Shown here: piece by piece, positions 11,447 to 24,510 of the stretch | Numbering within the stretch: the stretch's first letter is position 1 | Layout of the letters: the number at the start of each line of letters is the position of its first letter | NCBI RefSeq assembly: GCF_035594765.1 | Contig: NC_085841.1 | Span: forward strand, 308,397,402 to 308,461,401 | Source of the DNA: Anolis carolinensis | Lineage: Eukaryota | Direction: 5' to 3' | Length of the DNA: 64,000 nucleotides | Program-made: the position numbers and the translations under genes | The notes under the pieces: model-generated | What the model was told of the DNA's origin: nothing | Seen by the model: the letters and a program-made list of their open reading frames with translations, nothing else | Database searches by the model: none

Positions 11447-11974
11447 TTAATTACTTATTAATCGCCCTCCATCCAAGATGCTCTAGGCGATTTACAAGAT
11501 AAAATGGTAAAGGATAAAAACATACATACAAATATTGATAAAATTAACATAGATCAAAAGCTCTAGTAAAGAGCCAGGTCTTGAGTGCTAGGGTAAAAGG
11601 CCCTAACTCACGCATGGCTCTCATATAGGGCGCCAGGATATAAATCAGCGCCAGGATGAAAGCATCTGAGGGAGGGAGAGAGAAAGGTAGAGGCAATATC
11701 TGCTGGAGTTAATCCCCTCCCACATTGCCATCTCGTTTCTTCATGTGCTTTCAAATGTTTACTTAGTGGTTAAATTGTACTCAAGAAGCAAGAAGGCAGG
11801 GTGGAGGATGCTGTCAGATTTCAGCAGTGCACATCCTTCTAGGAAATGTGCACTGTTTACTAGAATGTTTTACATATAATGCATAAAGTAAGGTTCCTGA
11901 TCAACCAGACCACAACTTACCCAAGGGACTGTCTGGATATTCTTCTGTCTAATTGCCTCCCTGTAAAATCTGAT

Positions 11975-12492
11975 GATTTCTGATGCCAGAGACCACCAAA
12001 AGAATCAAGAACAAGCCACAAGAGCAAAGACAAAGATCCACACAAAGGAAAAGTGTTCTTGCCATACATCAAGGGAACCACTGACTGCATAGGGAAGCTG
12101 AGGAAGAAACACAACCTACAAATGATCTACAGACCCACTAAGAAAATCCAAGAAATGCCACATTCAGCAAACATCAAGAGAGATCCTCTCACCTCTGTGG
12201 GCGTCTACTGTATACCATGCAGCTGAGGACAAGTCTACATAGGGACCACCAAACGCAGCATTGCCCAAACACGAATCAAGGAACATGAAAGGCATGCAGA
12301 CTAATTCAACCAGAGAAATCAGCCATAGCAGAGGACTGAACACAGCATATTATTTGAGAACACAGAAATGCTAGACCACTCTAGCAACCACTATGTCAGA
12401 CTACACAGAGCAGCCATTGAAATCCACAAGCATGTGGACAATTTCAATAGAAAGGAGGAAAACATGAAAATGAAAAAAATCTGGCTACCGAC

Positions 12493-12528
<36 letters not shown>

Positions 12529-13155
12529 ACTTTATTTTAGAACCTGCCTCCATCTCCTCAAAGGGACTCAGGGAATAAGCCTACACGGGGAATAAGCTTA
12601 GAATACAAGTATGCAAAAATATAAAATAAAAACAAAGAATAACACATAACAATGACATAAAAGCAATTAACCACAGAATAAAAGCATCAAAAATACATTA
12701 ATAAGAATCAAAGAACCAAGTAGTGGGACAAATAAAATTGCAATTGAAAGGGCAGGGCTTATGCAAAATATAATAGGGTCAGTATTAAAAAATTCTAAAA
12801 TCAGGACAGAAAAAAAAACAACACTCAGAAGACAGGGGAATTCCAGACAAGAATTAATCAAGGCCAGTTAACACCTCCCAACAAAGGATTCCTCCAGGCA
12901 GGAATCAACCAGGCTTTGAAGCTGCAAGGCTTTTCAATGCTAATCAAGCTGGCAATTGCAACATTCACACTTGCCTCCAACAAACAAGAGTTCTTTCTCC
13001 CACCCTGGACATTCCACAGATATATAATCCCCACTTGCCTAGTTTCAAACAGACCTCACAACCTCTGAGGATGCCTGCCATAGTTGTAGGCAAAATGTTA
13101 GGAGAGAATGCTTTTGGAACGTGGCCATACAGCCCAGAAAATTCACAGCAACCCA
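11975..13155 (+). mobile_element. Penelope-like element 3' part (GIY-YIG remnant plus pLTR), interrupted at ~12490-12780 by a LINE tail fragment
   Basis: Degenerate translation KVFLPYIKGTTD..GVYCIPCS*GQVYIGTTKRS..RIKEH; decayed hammerhead core at ~13063-13103. Confidence 0.85.
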
Positions 13156-13629
13156 ATCAAGATTCCCATTTCAACCTCCAAAACTTCATCTGCCATAGTT
13201 ACTGAGAAGTATCCAACCTGAGTTTACTCTAAAGATACAAGTGTAAACAGTACTAGAGATATAATGTCATTCAGTGTCATTACATTTATCCTGTGCAGCA
13301 TCATGAGATAAAGTCCAAACCAGTAGCTATGGTCATGTAGGAGCTATATTTGGAGCCAGGCATCAACTATGAGCCTTAGCCAGATGCTATCCTAAAGACG
13401 TATTCTAGGATAACAGTCCTGGTGCCCTTAAGAAATATCCCTCCCTCCCTAGATCACCAAGGCAGAAATGGCCGAGAAGGAAAATGGGTGGAGGGGAAGC
13501 ATTTATTTTCTAGAGAAGTAAACTGGCTTTCTGGGTTACTGCTCTCTAGGAAATAATTTGGCCAGACAACACTCAGCTGAGTACAGACTCTCTAGGCAGT
13601 TCAGGTCCAGGCTATTGGTCAACTGCATC

Positions 13630-13985
13630 CTCTTGTATGAACCTGCCTGGGCTCTGAGATCTTCAGGAGAGGCCCTTCTCTTGGTCCCACCTCCATCTCA
13701 AGCTCAATTGATGGTGGAGAGGAAATGGGTCTTCTCGGTGACTGCCCCTCGACTTTGGGACTCCCTGCCCAGGGAAGACAGAATGGCCCCCTCCCTGCTG
13801 TCCTTCTGGTGACAGGCTAAAACCTTCTTATTCAGACAGGCTTTTAAAGATGGTTTTTAAGATTGTCAGGGGCTGCTGTGATTTTATATGCTTTTAATTA
13901 TGATTAATACTGTTTTAATATTTGTATATTTGTATATATTAAGTTGTATTGCAATGCTTTTAGTTGTGAGCTGCTTTGAATCTCT
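13630..13985 (+). mobile_element. L2-clade LINE 3' fragment
   Basis: YEPAWALRSSGEALL..FSVTAPRLWDSLP ORF2 C-terminus followed by an AT-rich 3' UTR. Confidence 0.75.
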
Positions 13986-13990
13986 AATAT

Positions 13991-14370
13991 AATCATAGAA
14001 TCATAGAATAGTAGAGTTGGAAGAGACCTCATGGGCCATCCAGTCCAACCCCCTGCCAAGAAGCAGGAAATCGCATTCAAAGCACCCCTGACAGATGGCC
14101 ATCCGGCCTCTGTTTAAAAGCCTCCAAAGAAGGAGCCTCCACCACAGTCCGGGGAAGAGAGTTCCACTGCTGAACAGCTCTCACAGTGAGGAAGTTCTTC
14201 CTGATGTTCAAATGAAATCTCCTTTCCTGTAATTTAAAGCCATTGTTCCGCATCCTAGTCTGCAGGGCAGCAGAAAACAAGCTTGCTCCCTCCTCCTGTG
14301 ACTTCCCCTCACATATTTCTACATGGCTATCATGTCTCTTCTCAGCCTTCTCTTCTGCAGACTAAACATG
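13991..14370 (-). mobile_element. CR1 LINE 3' fragment
   Basis: (CATAGAAT)n tail; close to the 3' end of the full-length CR1 at 52024. Confidence 0.9.
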
Positions 14371-16001
14371 GAGAGAAATAGCAGGCTATAAATAAACATG
14401 ATGATGATGATGATGATGATGATGATAATAAAGATGATGATGATAGAATTGTGGATTTCAGATCTTGATAGAGTGTGTTACTCAGTTTGAGATCTCTGAA
14501 ACCCAGTAGCCCAGGTCTCACCTGCTAGACTGAAATGTCTTCAAATCACCTGGCACCCTTCATAGATTTACAGTCTGCTCTGTTTGGACCCTTCTTGGAA
14601 GTTCCTATAATATCATGTGTTAACTTTGGATATATTGACATATGATTAATCAAAAACCCATCCCATTTTCAGACCTGTTTTCATACACACACACACACAC
14701 ACAGCCAATTCCATTTACCAGGAAATTTCCAAAATCGGGAGAGGGAAAATACCATTTCATGATCCGTCACCCAGAAGCTCCGTTTTTGCTCCAAGAAAAT
14801 CCAGTCCATTGGCAAGAATGGGGAAAATGGCAAGGTTCCTCTTTCTGTCATTTTTATGAAAATGTCCACACTTGGAGGAAACATTTACATCTGCAAGCCC
14901 CCCAAGCTTCTGAATGTTTGAGCCATCCTCTAATTTTTAGGAAATATTTAAAGTTTCTACAAATAAATGTCTTTTAAAATAATAACAAATGAGAGTGGGG
15001 GAGGAGGACTGCTAGACTGGTGCAGGAGTACACACACACAAGCCAAAAGGTAGGGCTGGAGAAGGAATAGCAAAGACTGAGAGTCAAAGAGGAGAACTAG
15101 AAGAAGAAAGAGCTTTTTTATTTTTGTGGAGGGAGGAACTTAGGCTGCCGGTGCAGGACAGAGTACAGAAGCCAGAAGGTAGGGCTGGGGAAACTTTCCC
15201 CACGAAGACTCAAGGGAGTCAGGCTATTCCCTAAACCTAACCCCTACTCAGTGAACTTAAAGCAACCCCCCAAAAACCTCACAGTGCCCCCATAATGCAC
15301 GCCCACCCACTCCTCCCTAGCGAAATTACTAGTAAAAGAAGAATTATAAGAAAGATATTAACAAAGAAAATTTAAAGCAGAAGAAAAAGTTTGGAATTCT
15401 CAAAAAAGATCTCTAAGCACCAAGATGCAGTGACAGTACTGAGATAGAACACGCGGAGCTAGCTAGCACAATCTCTCTTTCAAATGCCAGGATGCCACAG
15501 AAAAATGGTGGAGCTTGCCCTGGTATATATAGACCAGCTTTGCAAAAAGAGAAATAACCCTCGTTCTTCTTCTGATTGGCTCCGCCAAGGATAACAGGGG
15601 CAGGGGAGGAAAAACCTGCACACACGCAGCTGTTCTTCTCATGTGGCAGCCGATACAGCCAAATATCAGCCAACAGGCGCCTTGTTATTGTCAACCTTTG
15701 GCTGCCCACACCCCGTTTCTAGGGATCTGGCTGATGGATTGCCCAAATCCCCCGAAAAAGGTTTATCAAAGTGATATTGTGCACACCCCTAGTGTTAAAC
15801 GGCTGCCAACACATACATATACAAAAAGAGAGGGGGGTGGGGAGAGAAAGAAAAGCTGACTTGGCTTACATTGAGAACAAGGGAAACCTACCTTGCCTCA
15901 GTTTTAATTGCTATCAATGTACATAAATACGAATTATTTTCAGACTGATATCACTATTCTGGAAACATAGAATTGGAAGAGAGCACATGGACCATCTAGT
16001 C

Positions 16002-16132
16002 CAAGGGTCCCCAAACTTTTTATGCAGAGGGCCAGTCCACAATCCTTCATACTGTTGAGGGGCCGGATTATCATTTGAAAAAAATACGAACAAATTCCGA
16101 TGCACACTGCACATGTCTTATTTGTAGTGCAA

Positions 16133-16165
<33 letters not shown>

Positions 16166-17246
16166 GAACAATGAAAGAACAATACAATATTTAAAAATAA
16201 AAACAATTTTAACCAACATACATTTATCAGAATTTCAATGGGAAGTGTGGGCCTGCTTATGGCCAATGAGATAGTCAAGTTAATTAGGGTTGTTGTTGTT
16301 GTTGTGTGCCTTCAAGTCATTTCAGACTTTGGGCGAGCCTAAGTCTAAAATTTATTTATTTACTACATTTGTATCACACCCTTCTCACCCCAAAGGGGAC
16401 TCAAGTGTGGCTTACAAATTATATGTACATACAATATGTTATATTATTAGCATAGCACACTATTAGCATTATATATTGCTATATTGAACTATACCACTAT
16501 ACTGTAATATTATTAGTAATATATAATATATAATTAATACTATTGTATGGTATTATTATTATTAGTGTTATATTGTATTACATTATAATATTATTATCAA
16601 TATTATATGTATATACAATATATCTATATATATAAAAGAGTGATGGCATCAGGGCAGCGGACAAAACAACAAAACTACAGGCCTCCCAACCTCAAAATTT
16701 GACAACAAAACCCATCATTCACGGCTCTAGGTTGATACAACAAAAAAAAAGAAAAAGAAAAATAAAGTCCTAATTACAGGGAGAGGAATAATAGTTTTTA
16801 TCCAATTGCTGCCAGTTTGAAGGCTAAACTCCGCCCACTTGGTCTCCTAGCAACCTACTCAGTCCAAGGGACAGGCACAGTTAGGCCTCACTTAGGCCTC
16901 TTCCACAGATTATCATATTTTAACTGGATTATATGGCAGTGTACACTCTATATACACATCTATATAACCCATTTAGAATTTTATATTATCTGCTTTGAAC
17001 TGGATTATCTTGACTCCACACTGCCATATAATCCACTTCAGTGTGCATACTAAACATAAAGACAACTATACAACAGACATTCAATACCACTACTACCTCA
17101 ACAATTTCTCACCAACACCAGTAGACAATACCACAGCAACGCGTGGCCGGGCACAGCTAGTTATATTATAAAACTGAGGGCGGGGGCCAGGTAAATGACC
17201 TTGGAGGGCCGCATCCGGCCCCCGGGCCTTAGTTTGGGGACCCCTG
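16002..17246 (-). mobile_element. Non-autonomous hAT transposon (family of 3951-4659)
   Basis: TIRs CAAGGGTCCCCAAACT / AGTTTGGGGACCCCTG; perfect 8-bp TSD ATCTAGTC. Confidence 0.92.
16623..17160 (+). mobile_element. Non-autonomous Helitron
   Basis: 5' TC (TCTATATATATAAAA), 3' CTAG preceded by hairpin CCACAGC-AAC-GCGTGG, inserted between A and T without TSD; absent from the hAT copy at 3951. Confidence 0.85.
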
Positions 17247-18714
17247 ATCTAGTCCAACCTTCTGCCATGCAGGAAAAGCATAATCAAAGTACCCCTGACA
17301 AATGGCCATCCAGCCTCTGTTTAAAAGCCGTCAAGGAAGGCGCTTCCACTACACTTCAAAGCAGACAGCTTCATTGATGAAAAGTTCTTACAGTCAGGAA
17401 GTTCTTCCTAATGTTCAGGTGGAATCTCCTTTTCTGTAATTTGAACCCATTGCCCCGAGTCCTAGTTTCCAGTGCAGCAGAAAACAAGCCTGCTCCCTTT
17501 CCTTATGACATCCTTCCACATATTTTTACATGGCTATCATGTCTCCTCTCAACCTTTTCTTCTGCAGGCTAAATATACCCAGCTCATGGGGCATGGTCTC
17601 CAGACCTTTGATAGTTTTAGTTGCCCTCCTCTGGACACCTTCCAGCTTGTCAATATCTCTTTTAAACTGTGGTGCCCAGAATTGGACACAATATTCCAGG
17701 TGAGGCCTGATTAAAGCAGAATAGAGAGGCACCATGACTTCACTTATACTCCTTTTGATGCAGCCCAAAATCCCTTTGGCTTTTTAAGCTGTTGCATCAG
17801 ACCACTGGCTCATGTTCAACTTGTTGTCCACAAAAACTCCAAGATCTTTTTCACATGGACTGTTGTCGAGCCAGGCGTCACCCATTCTGTATCTGTGCAT
17901 ATTATTTTTTCTGCATTAAGTGTAGATCTTACATTTGTCCTTGCTGAAATTCATTTTGTTAGTTTTGGCCCAGCTCTCTAATCTGTTAAGGTCATTTTGA
18001 ATACTGATCTATTAGCTATTCCTCCTAATTTGACATCATCTGCAAACATGACAAGCATGCCCTCTAAACCTTCATGCACATCAGTAATAAAGATGCTGAA
18101 CAGAACCCAGGACAAAACCCTATGGATGAAGATAACTAGTATTATCTAGCCCACATTTTATTAATTTGTTTGCAAGAAGATCATGGGGGACCTTGTCAAA
18201 GGCCTTACTGAAACCAAGATATGCTACATCCACAGCATTTCCTGCATCTGCCAAGCTTGTAACCCTATCAAAAAAAATAAAAATAAAATATTAGTCTGGG
18301 GTTACTTGTTTTTGAGAAATCTATGTTGACTTTTAGTAATGATTGCAGTCTGCCTCCTTAATGGTTTTTTCTGGTATTGATGTCAGTCTGACAGGGTGGT
18401 AATTATTTGTGTCCTATTTTTCCCCCTTCTTGAAGATAGGACAACAATTGCCCTCTTCCAGCCTGTTGGGACTTCTCCTGTTCTCCAAGAATTGCCAGTG
18501 GTTCTTAAATTACTGCTGCTAGTTCCTTCAATACTCCTGGATGTAGTTCATCTGGCCCTGAAGACCTGAATTCGTTTAGAGTGGCCAGGTATTCCTGGAC
18601 TATTTCTTTACCTATTTTGGGTTGCATGTCCCCTATTACCTCATCTGCTCCATGTTGCTCAGGTTGAATACCAATCTCTTTTTGGAAGAAGATTGAGGCA
18701 AAGAAGGTGTTGAG

Positions 18715-18965
18715 CAAGTTTGTTTTCTGCTGCCCTGGAGACTAGCTACAGAAAAGGAGATTCCACTTGAACATTGGGAAGAACTTCCTCACTGTGAGAG
18801 CTGTTCAGCAGTGGAATTCTCTGCCCCAGACTGTGGTGGAGGCTCCTTCTTTGGAGGCTTTTAAACAGAGGCTGGATGGGGTGCTTTGAATGCGATTTTT
18901 CTGCTTCTTGGCAGGGGGTTGGACTGTATGGCCCCTGAGGTCTCTTCCAACTCTTTGATTCTATG
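18715..18965 (+). mobile_element. CR1 3' fragment inserted antisense in the older CR1
   Basis: ORF2 end and GATTCTATG tail; TGAGCA repeated at both junctions. Confidence 0.75.
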
Positions 18966-20259
18966 AGCAGCTCTGTTAGCATTTCACCACCTCCTGTAAG
19001 CAGAAGCCCTACAATTTCCCTTTTCTTCCTTTTCCCCCTGACTTAACCAAAGAACCCCTTTTTATTGTTTTTAATCTCTATGGCAAGCCTGACCTCATTT
19101 TGTGCCTTAGCCTTACCAACCTTTCCCCTACATATGCTGGTTATTTGTTTGAATTCCTCTTTGATGATCCCCCCTTTCCATTTATTGTGCATGTCTCTTT
19201 TAATTCTTAGCTCAGTTAGAAGTAGTAATTTTCACAAGACTTGTTTGATATATAATATAACTGTAGATAGACATTCCAAAATAGATTGTTAACATCATGT
19301 TTCAAGATACTAGGTGTATGTGTTCCTTTAAAAAAAAAAAGCAGTAGAAGTCTGCTTAGACTTGCCAGTAGTTCAGAAATTACTTCTGCTAGTTCTTTCA
19401 ATACTCTTGGGCATCGTTCATCCAGCCCTGGGGACTTGAATTCATTTAGAGTAGCCAGGTATTCCTGGACTACTTCTTTACCTATTTTGGGTTGCATATC
19501 CCCTAGTAATATTGGCAAATATGAATTTCTTTGCTCAGTCAAAACAATTTTAAATGTCAAAAAATTGACATTGCTTGGAAAACTTCCATTATTGGTGAAA
19601 AACTATCATTGATTTACAAATAAATGATTTTTTTCCTGCTGATCATTTCACATCACAAAGTTAAATATACACTGATGGATGTCAACAGAGTTTAATCAGA
19701 AACAATGATTGAAAATAAAATGAAGTCTTCTTGGCATTGGTGATATCTTGACTGTTGTTGCACTTATATTGGATCGCAGGAGGTGATATGCATTATATGC
19801 ATGCTCATATTTGTAATTCCAATATTTAAGTTGCACCTTTTACATTCTAACATTTGTACTTAGAGTAATTAACATTTGTTCCACATATATTGGGGTATGT
19901 GTTTGCAATTCTATGTTGAAGCAGAAAATATTAAATTGTGTTTGATCATGCACAAAACCTGTTTATGGATTTTAGGGGAGAAAACTGATAACTGGGAGTT
20001 TGGACCGAATGTTTGCAGGACATATTTTTGCCCAGATTGGCTAAATGAATTGGTATCTATGAAGTATAGATTGTAGATAATTTCAACATATAGTCCAGGA
20101 TTTCTTCACTCTTGATAAGACCAATAATTTTATAAACCAATGTGTCTAGAAGAATATAGCTTTTAAAAAAATATTTCAAATCTTGCACTTTCAATTGCAT
20201 ATTGCACATTATTTCCTATGCATATATTCAAAACACTGGTCATTAGTTATTACTTTTAT

Positions 20260-22491
20260 CTACTGTGTACTTTCCTCCTGATTTAACTCTCTTGGAAGAA
20301 ATTGTGTCCTCAGTCTTCTAAACTGATCTATCAACTTATTCCTGAAATATACAATCACACCAGTCCACACAAGAGCAACAGAAGAAATATATACAATTCC
20401 TACAATAGTTAGTATTCTAGCAAAACTCATATTATACTTCTGTGGGGCAGGGGGTCCACTGTCAATGCTGCCACCGTTGCCTTTACTTAGACAGTTGGGA
20501 GGGGCCCATCCGTAATCACAGTGACAATTGTTGAGAGTGTTGCATACTCCCCTATTATGACATGTGGAGACATTGCAGTCATATTTCAAGAGGGAGACAT
20601 TCACACATTGCCGTTCAATACACATCTTGTCAGTACCACATGAAGTACCATCTTTCACTGCTCCGATATCAGCTGTCTCCTTTCCACGATGATGAACTGT
20701 ACCCCAGCATTCACCATTGTCAGCATGTGACTGAATTATAGAATTCTGTTTCTCTAAAGAAGGCAAGAGATCCACACCATCACACTGAATTCGTCCACAT
20801 AGGATATTCTCAGCGTTACATTTGTTATAAATTCCATATCTGATTCCACAGTTACCAAAGCGATTGCCTTGAACATTAATCTCTCTGAAGCAACTTTCTG
20901 AAGCAACTCGTGCCTTGTTGCCAAAAATGATTTTGCATTGTTCACTATGAGTAGTGCAGTTTCCATGATAACAAAATGCACCATTGCTACATTGGGTACC
21001 ATCTTGAATATAAACATCATCAGGACACCACTGTGAAGTCCCATTGCAATACTCAGGAAGATCACAAATGCCATTCTTCTCTCTGCAAAGGGATTGAGCT
21101 GGAAGGTAATGACACTCAGAACAGCATTGTCCAAAAGCACAACTGACACCTGAACGCAAAATGCAATTAGATTGACAGCACGGATCTGACTCACATTCAG
21201 CTTTTGAACCACAGTCACATTGCTCACCTTTCTCCATCACTTTGTTTCCACAGTATTCGGATGTATAAATTTTATTGAGGTCTGGTGGAATTAATAGGCA
21301 ATGTGAATTCCTTAATTTCAAGTAATTTTTATAACTGCAATTGCTAAATTGATCAGTGGGTACTTGAACTGTAGCCATTATACAGGCATCTCGATTGCAA
21401 CTACAGAATTTTTTGTCATGTTTCATACCAAGAATGTGCCCTAATTCATGAGCAAATGTATTAGAAAAATGAAATAAACTGGAAGTCATGTATGATTCCA
21501 CAGCAGATCCCCAATGCTTATCACAAATTGTTCCTAGGTATGCCAATCCATGTATAGTTCCAAACCTCTTATATACAAATAAGTGACCAGCATCATTCTG
21601 TAGCCGTTGAACAAGAGAGTCTCTTCTCCAGCGTGTAAATGACAATAGTGTGTCATTAATGGTGTCAGCAATTTCTATGAGATTCTTGGTGGACCAGATC
21701 TCAAGCCCAGCTAGAGACAACTGAAGAGGAATTGGGTCATACAGTGAATTTGCAGTATGGATAACATTCAGAACATGTAGAGTAGTAAGCGTTTCATTTT
21801 TGTGAAACTTCACAAATCGTTCATGTTCCACCACAACTGCTAACTTCACATATCTGATATGTGTCCACCACATTCCTCTTGCATCTATTCCTACTACTTC
21901 ATTCTCTGCCTTCTGCATCATAGCCTCTTGACGTTTTTGCTCTTCCTCTGTCAACCCACACATAATATGGACTGCATCTTCTTTCTTTTTCAAATGATAC
22001 ACCACATGTTGAAAGGTGTAAGATGCTGGAACAGGTTCAATTTCATACATCTTGTTTTTTAATCGTAAAATACCCTTGAGTCCTCCTGAGCAAGTGCTGA
22101 GTGTGACCAGAGAGGAAGGAATGCCCTGCACAACACCATGGTAGAAGCAATCATCTCTGATAAATGGATAGTCCACCTGGAGATCCCCATCCTTTTTGTA
22201 AGTGAAAACTGGAAACTGTTTAGGGAACAAGCCCTGTATCTGTCTGAGATAGAGAATGTGGATTTTCCCTTCAATCCGCAAAAGATACGTGATACCTTGA
22301 GATTCTTGTTCTCTAAATCTCGGAGTTAGTTTCCTTGGGATGGTCACCTCATATGATTCATATCCAAAGCCTTGTGTTGGTATCTGCCCTGTAGTCTCTG
22401 TGAGACAATTCCTGAAAAGCATGATAATGAGACAAGATAAAATACTTGTCCTTTTCCTGTAAAGGGGAATTAGTCCCATTAAGTATGTCAT
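20260..22491 (-). CDS. ADAM20/ADAM21-like metalloproteinase, copy 2 (743 aa)
   Basis: Complete domain order; HELGHILGMKHD; ICDLPEYC; TM and tail; single ORF. Confidence 0.95.
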   Translation of the reverse strand: MTYLMGLIPLYRKRTSILSCLIIMLFRNCLTETTGQIPTQGFGYESYEVTIPRKLTPRFREQESQGITYLLRIEGKIHILYLRQIQGLFPKQFPVFTYKKDGDLQVDYPFIRDDCFYHGVVQGIPSSLVTLSTCSGGLKGILRLKNKMYEIEPVPASYTFQHVVYHLKKKEDAVHIMCGLTEEEQKRQEAMMQKAENEVVGIDARGMWWTHIRYVKLAVVVEHERFVKFHKNETLTTLHVLNVIHTANSLYDPIPLQLSLAGLEIWSTKNLIEIADTINDTLLSFTRWRRDSLVQRLQNDAGHLFVYKRFGTIHGLAYLGTICDKHWGSAVESYMTSSLFHFSNTFAHELGHILGMKHDKKFCSCNRDACIMATVQVPTDQFSNCSYKNYLKLRNSHCLLIPPDLNKIYTSEYCGNKVMEKGEQCDCGSKAECESDPCCQSNCILRSGVSCAFGQCCSECHYLPAQSLCREKNGICDLPEYCNGTSQWCPDDVYIQDGTQCSNGAFCYHGNCTTHSEQCKIIFGNKARVASESCFREINVQGNRFGNCGIRYGIYNKCNAENILCGRIQCDGVDLLPSLEKQNSIIQSHADNGECWGTVHHRGKETADIGAVKDGTSCGTDKMCIERQCVNVSLLKYDCNVSTCHNRGVCNTLNNCHCDYGWAPPNCLSKGNGGSIDSGPPAPQKYNMSFARILTIVGIVYISSVALVWTGVIVYFRNKLIDQFRRLRTQFLPRELNQEESTQ

Positions 22492-22590
22492 CTGGGATCT
22501 TATGGCAAAAGGAGAAATACACAGCTGTGGCTAGGAAGCAAAAAGGAAAGTATGAACATGGCTGCATAGGAATTAGAAGGGGGGATTCTG

Positions 22591-22640
22591 TACATAGCAA
22601 CAGCCAATGAGGTTTTCTTTGGAATGGAGGTGGAGCCTGG
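22591..22640 (-). promoter_or_regulatory. Conserved upstream motif block of ADAM copy 2
   Basis: CATAGCAACAGCCAATGAGGTTTTCTTTGGAATGGAGGTGGAG, ~100 bp upstream of the ATG. Confidence 0.65.
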
Positions 22641-23706
22641 ATGATCCAGAATGGAACAGAACAACAGTGGCTGGGTGAGAACAAAAAGGGGCTTCAGAAG
22701 TATCTAGCTGAAAGAGCTACAGCAAGACAAGCTAGTTTTGATGGGAAACTCTTATTTGGTTAGATACAGTGCTATTTTAAAAAGTATGTTCTTATCACCT
22801 TGACTATTAAAGAGTGCCTAGTTAAGGGATGTTGGATATCAAGGATAGAGTAGGTGTCAAAGTCAGGTCTTCTTCTGATGTAGAGCTAGTAGATATGAGG
22901 CCACCAAATGTATGCCCCTGTCATTCTCTATCCCAGAGTTAGGCAACTTCTGTAGGGACAATATTTCTTGCCCATGCACTTGCCATAGCATGCATCATAT
23001 TTGGCTAATGTAAGTTTAGTGTTGCACTTCTTTGTTTGTTTGGGTTCATTTCTAGCCAGTTGGGAGGAGAAGGCACTGGAGTGTTAAAGGGCATGCTGTT
23101 GCTTCAAGAGTGTGACTTATCATTTTGTCGTTTTTTTATATATGTATGTGGAAACACATTGCAATTTGTGGGATTTGGTGGCTCTGAGATGTTAGATGGG
23201 TTTGAGGACTGCATAAAATATTTAAGACTACACTTATACTTTGTGCACTTTTGCACAAGATAAGAACCTGAGTTATTCCAGATTCCCTTTCTCCCTTAAA
23301 TGTAGTTTTTCAATTAATCTTTCAAAAACATTTTGCAGTTGAAAACAATTACTTAATCTCTACAGGACAGCTACTGGCATCCACTGGTGATGGTTGAATA
23401 TGGGACTTCAAAGATGGAATCACAAGTTCAGTAGAAGGAGTGAAAGGGGTACAAAATATTCCTAGTTGCCAAGCCCAAATATGGTACACTGGGGAATCTG
23501 TGTCCTTGGTGGGTATAAAATGTTATGCTCTCCTACCTGGTTTTTGAATGGGGTCGGGGGGTGGGGTGGGAGAAAGAGAAAGTTAAAAGTTAGGAAAGGG
23601 TCTTAACTAGCATGCTACAACACTCTGAAAGCAAGTTCATCCAAAATCCTGATCCAAGGTTTGAACAGGCAACCATGCTCTTGCAAAAACCTCAAACATG
23701 CACCTC

Positions 23707-23871
23707 TGAGGTTTTCTTTGGAATGGAGGTGGAATCTGGATGATCCATAATGGAACAAAATAACAGTGGCTGGGTGAAAATAAAAAGAGGCTTCAGAGGT
23801 ATGTAGCTGAAAAAGCTACAGCAAGAAGAGGTAGTTTTGATGGGAAATTCTTACGGGGTTAGGCACAGTGC
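23707..23871. repeat. Local duplicate of ADAM copy 2 upstream sequence (22608-22772)
   Basis: ~165-bp direct repeat with scattered substitutions. Confidence 0.85.
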
Positions 23872-24074
23872 GCTACAGCCAATCTGTTATCTTTTGACTT
23901 TTTAAAAAGGTCCCAAATGGCCTATACTTCTATAGATATATGAGGATATTTTACTACATTATGCTAAGGGATATTTCAATATAAGAAAGACATTTTCAAA
24001 ACAAAAAATCAAAAGCATCTTCTGGGAGGAAAAACAGTCTGTGGCAGGTTCCAATGGTGGTGGTGGTGGTGATG

Positions 24075-24510
24075 ATGATGCCTTACAAAAGCAAAATGCG
24101 GGATGATCTAAAAACCTGACAATAAAAATTAAAACACAGTTAATGAAATTATGATATCAAAACCATTACATTTTTAAAAATACAAAATAATTTCAAGGCA
24201 TAACAAAGTTATACTTAAAGCCTGCACATCTTACAAAAAGACTGAACAAAAAAGACTTTGCTCGCTACCAAAATGAGAGTAGAGATGGGGTCAGCCTGGC
24301 CCCGCAAAGAAGGAAAGTCCACAGACTGGGAGCAGCCAGTGAAAAGTATCCCACCAAGACAGGCTTGTGATAGTGGCAAGACCGAGAGGAACATCTTCCC
24401 CGAGTTCTTAAGACTGGCAGGGGCATACAGAGATACAGAGTGTTTTAAATGGTGTGGACCTATGCCATAATCGGTCATGACTAACACCTTGAATTGGGCC
24501 CAGAAACAAG
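24075..24510 (-). mobile_element. L2-clade LINE 3' fragment, decayed
   Basis: ORF2 C-terminal remnant (GIGPHHLK..YAPASLKNSGKMFLSV). Confidence 0.6.

Larger units (their letters stand above)
15966..19217 (-). mobile_element. 5'-truncated, decayed CR1 LINE hosting nested hAT, Helitron and CR1 inserts
   Basis: ORF2 fragments ([20 protein letters not shown]; LNEFRSSGPDELHP); its 3' UTR is split by the hAT at the ATCTAGTC TSD. Confidence 0.85.
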
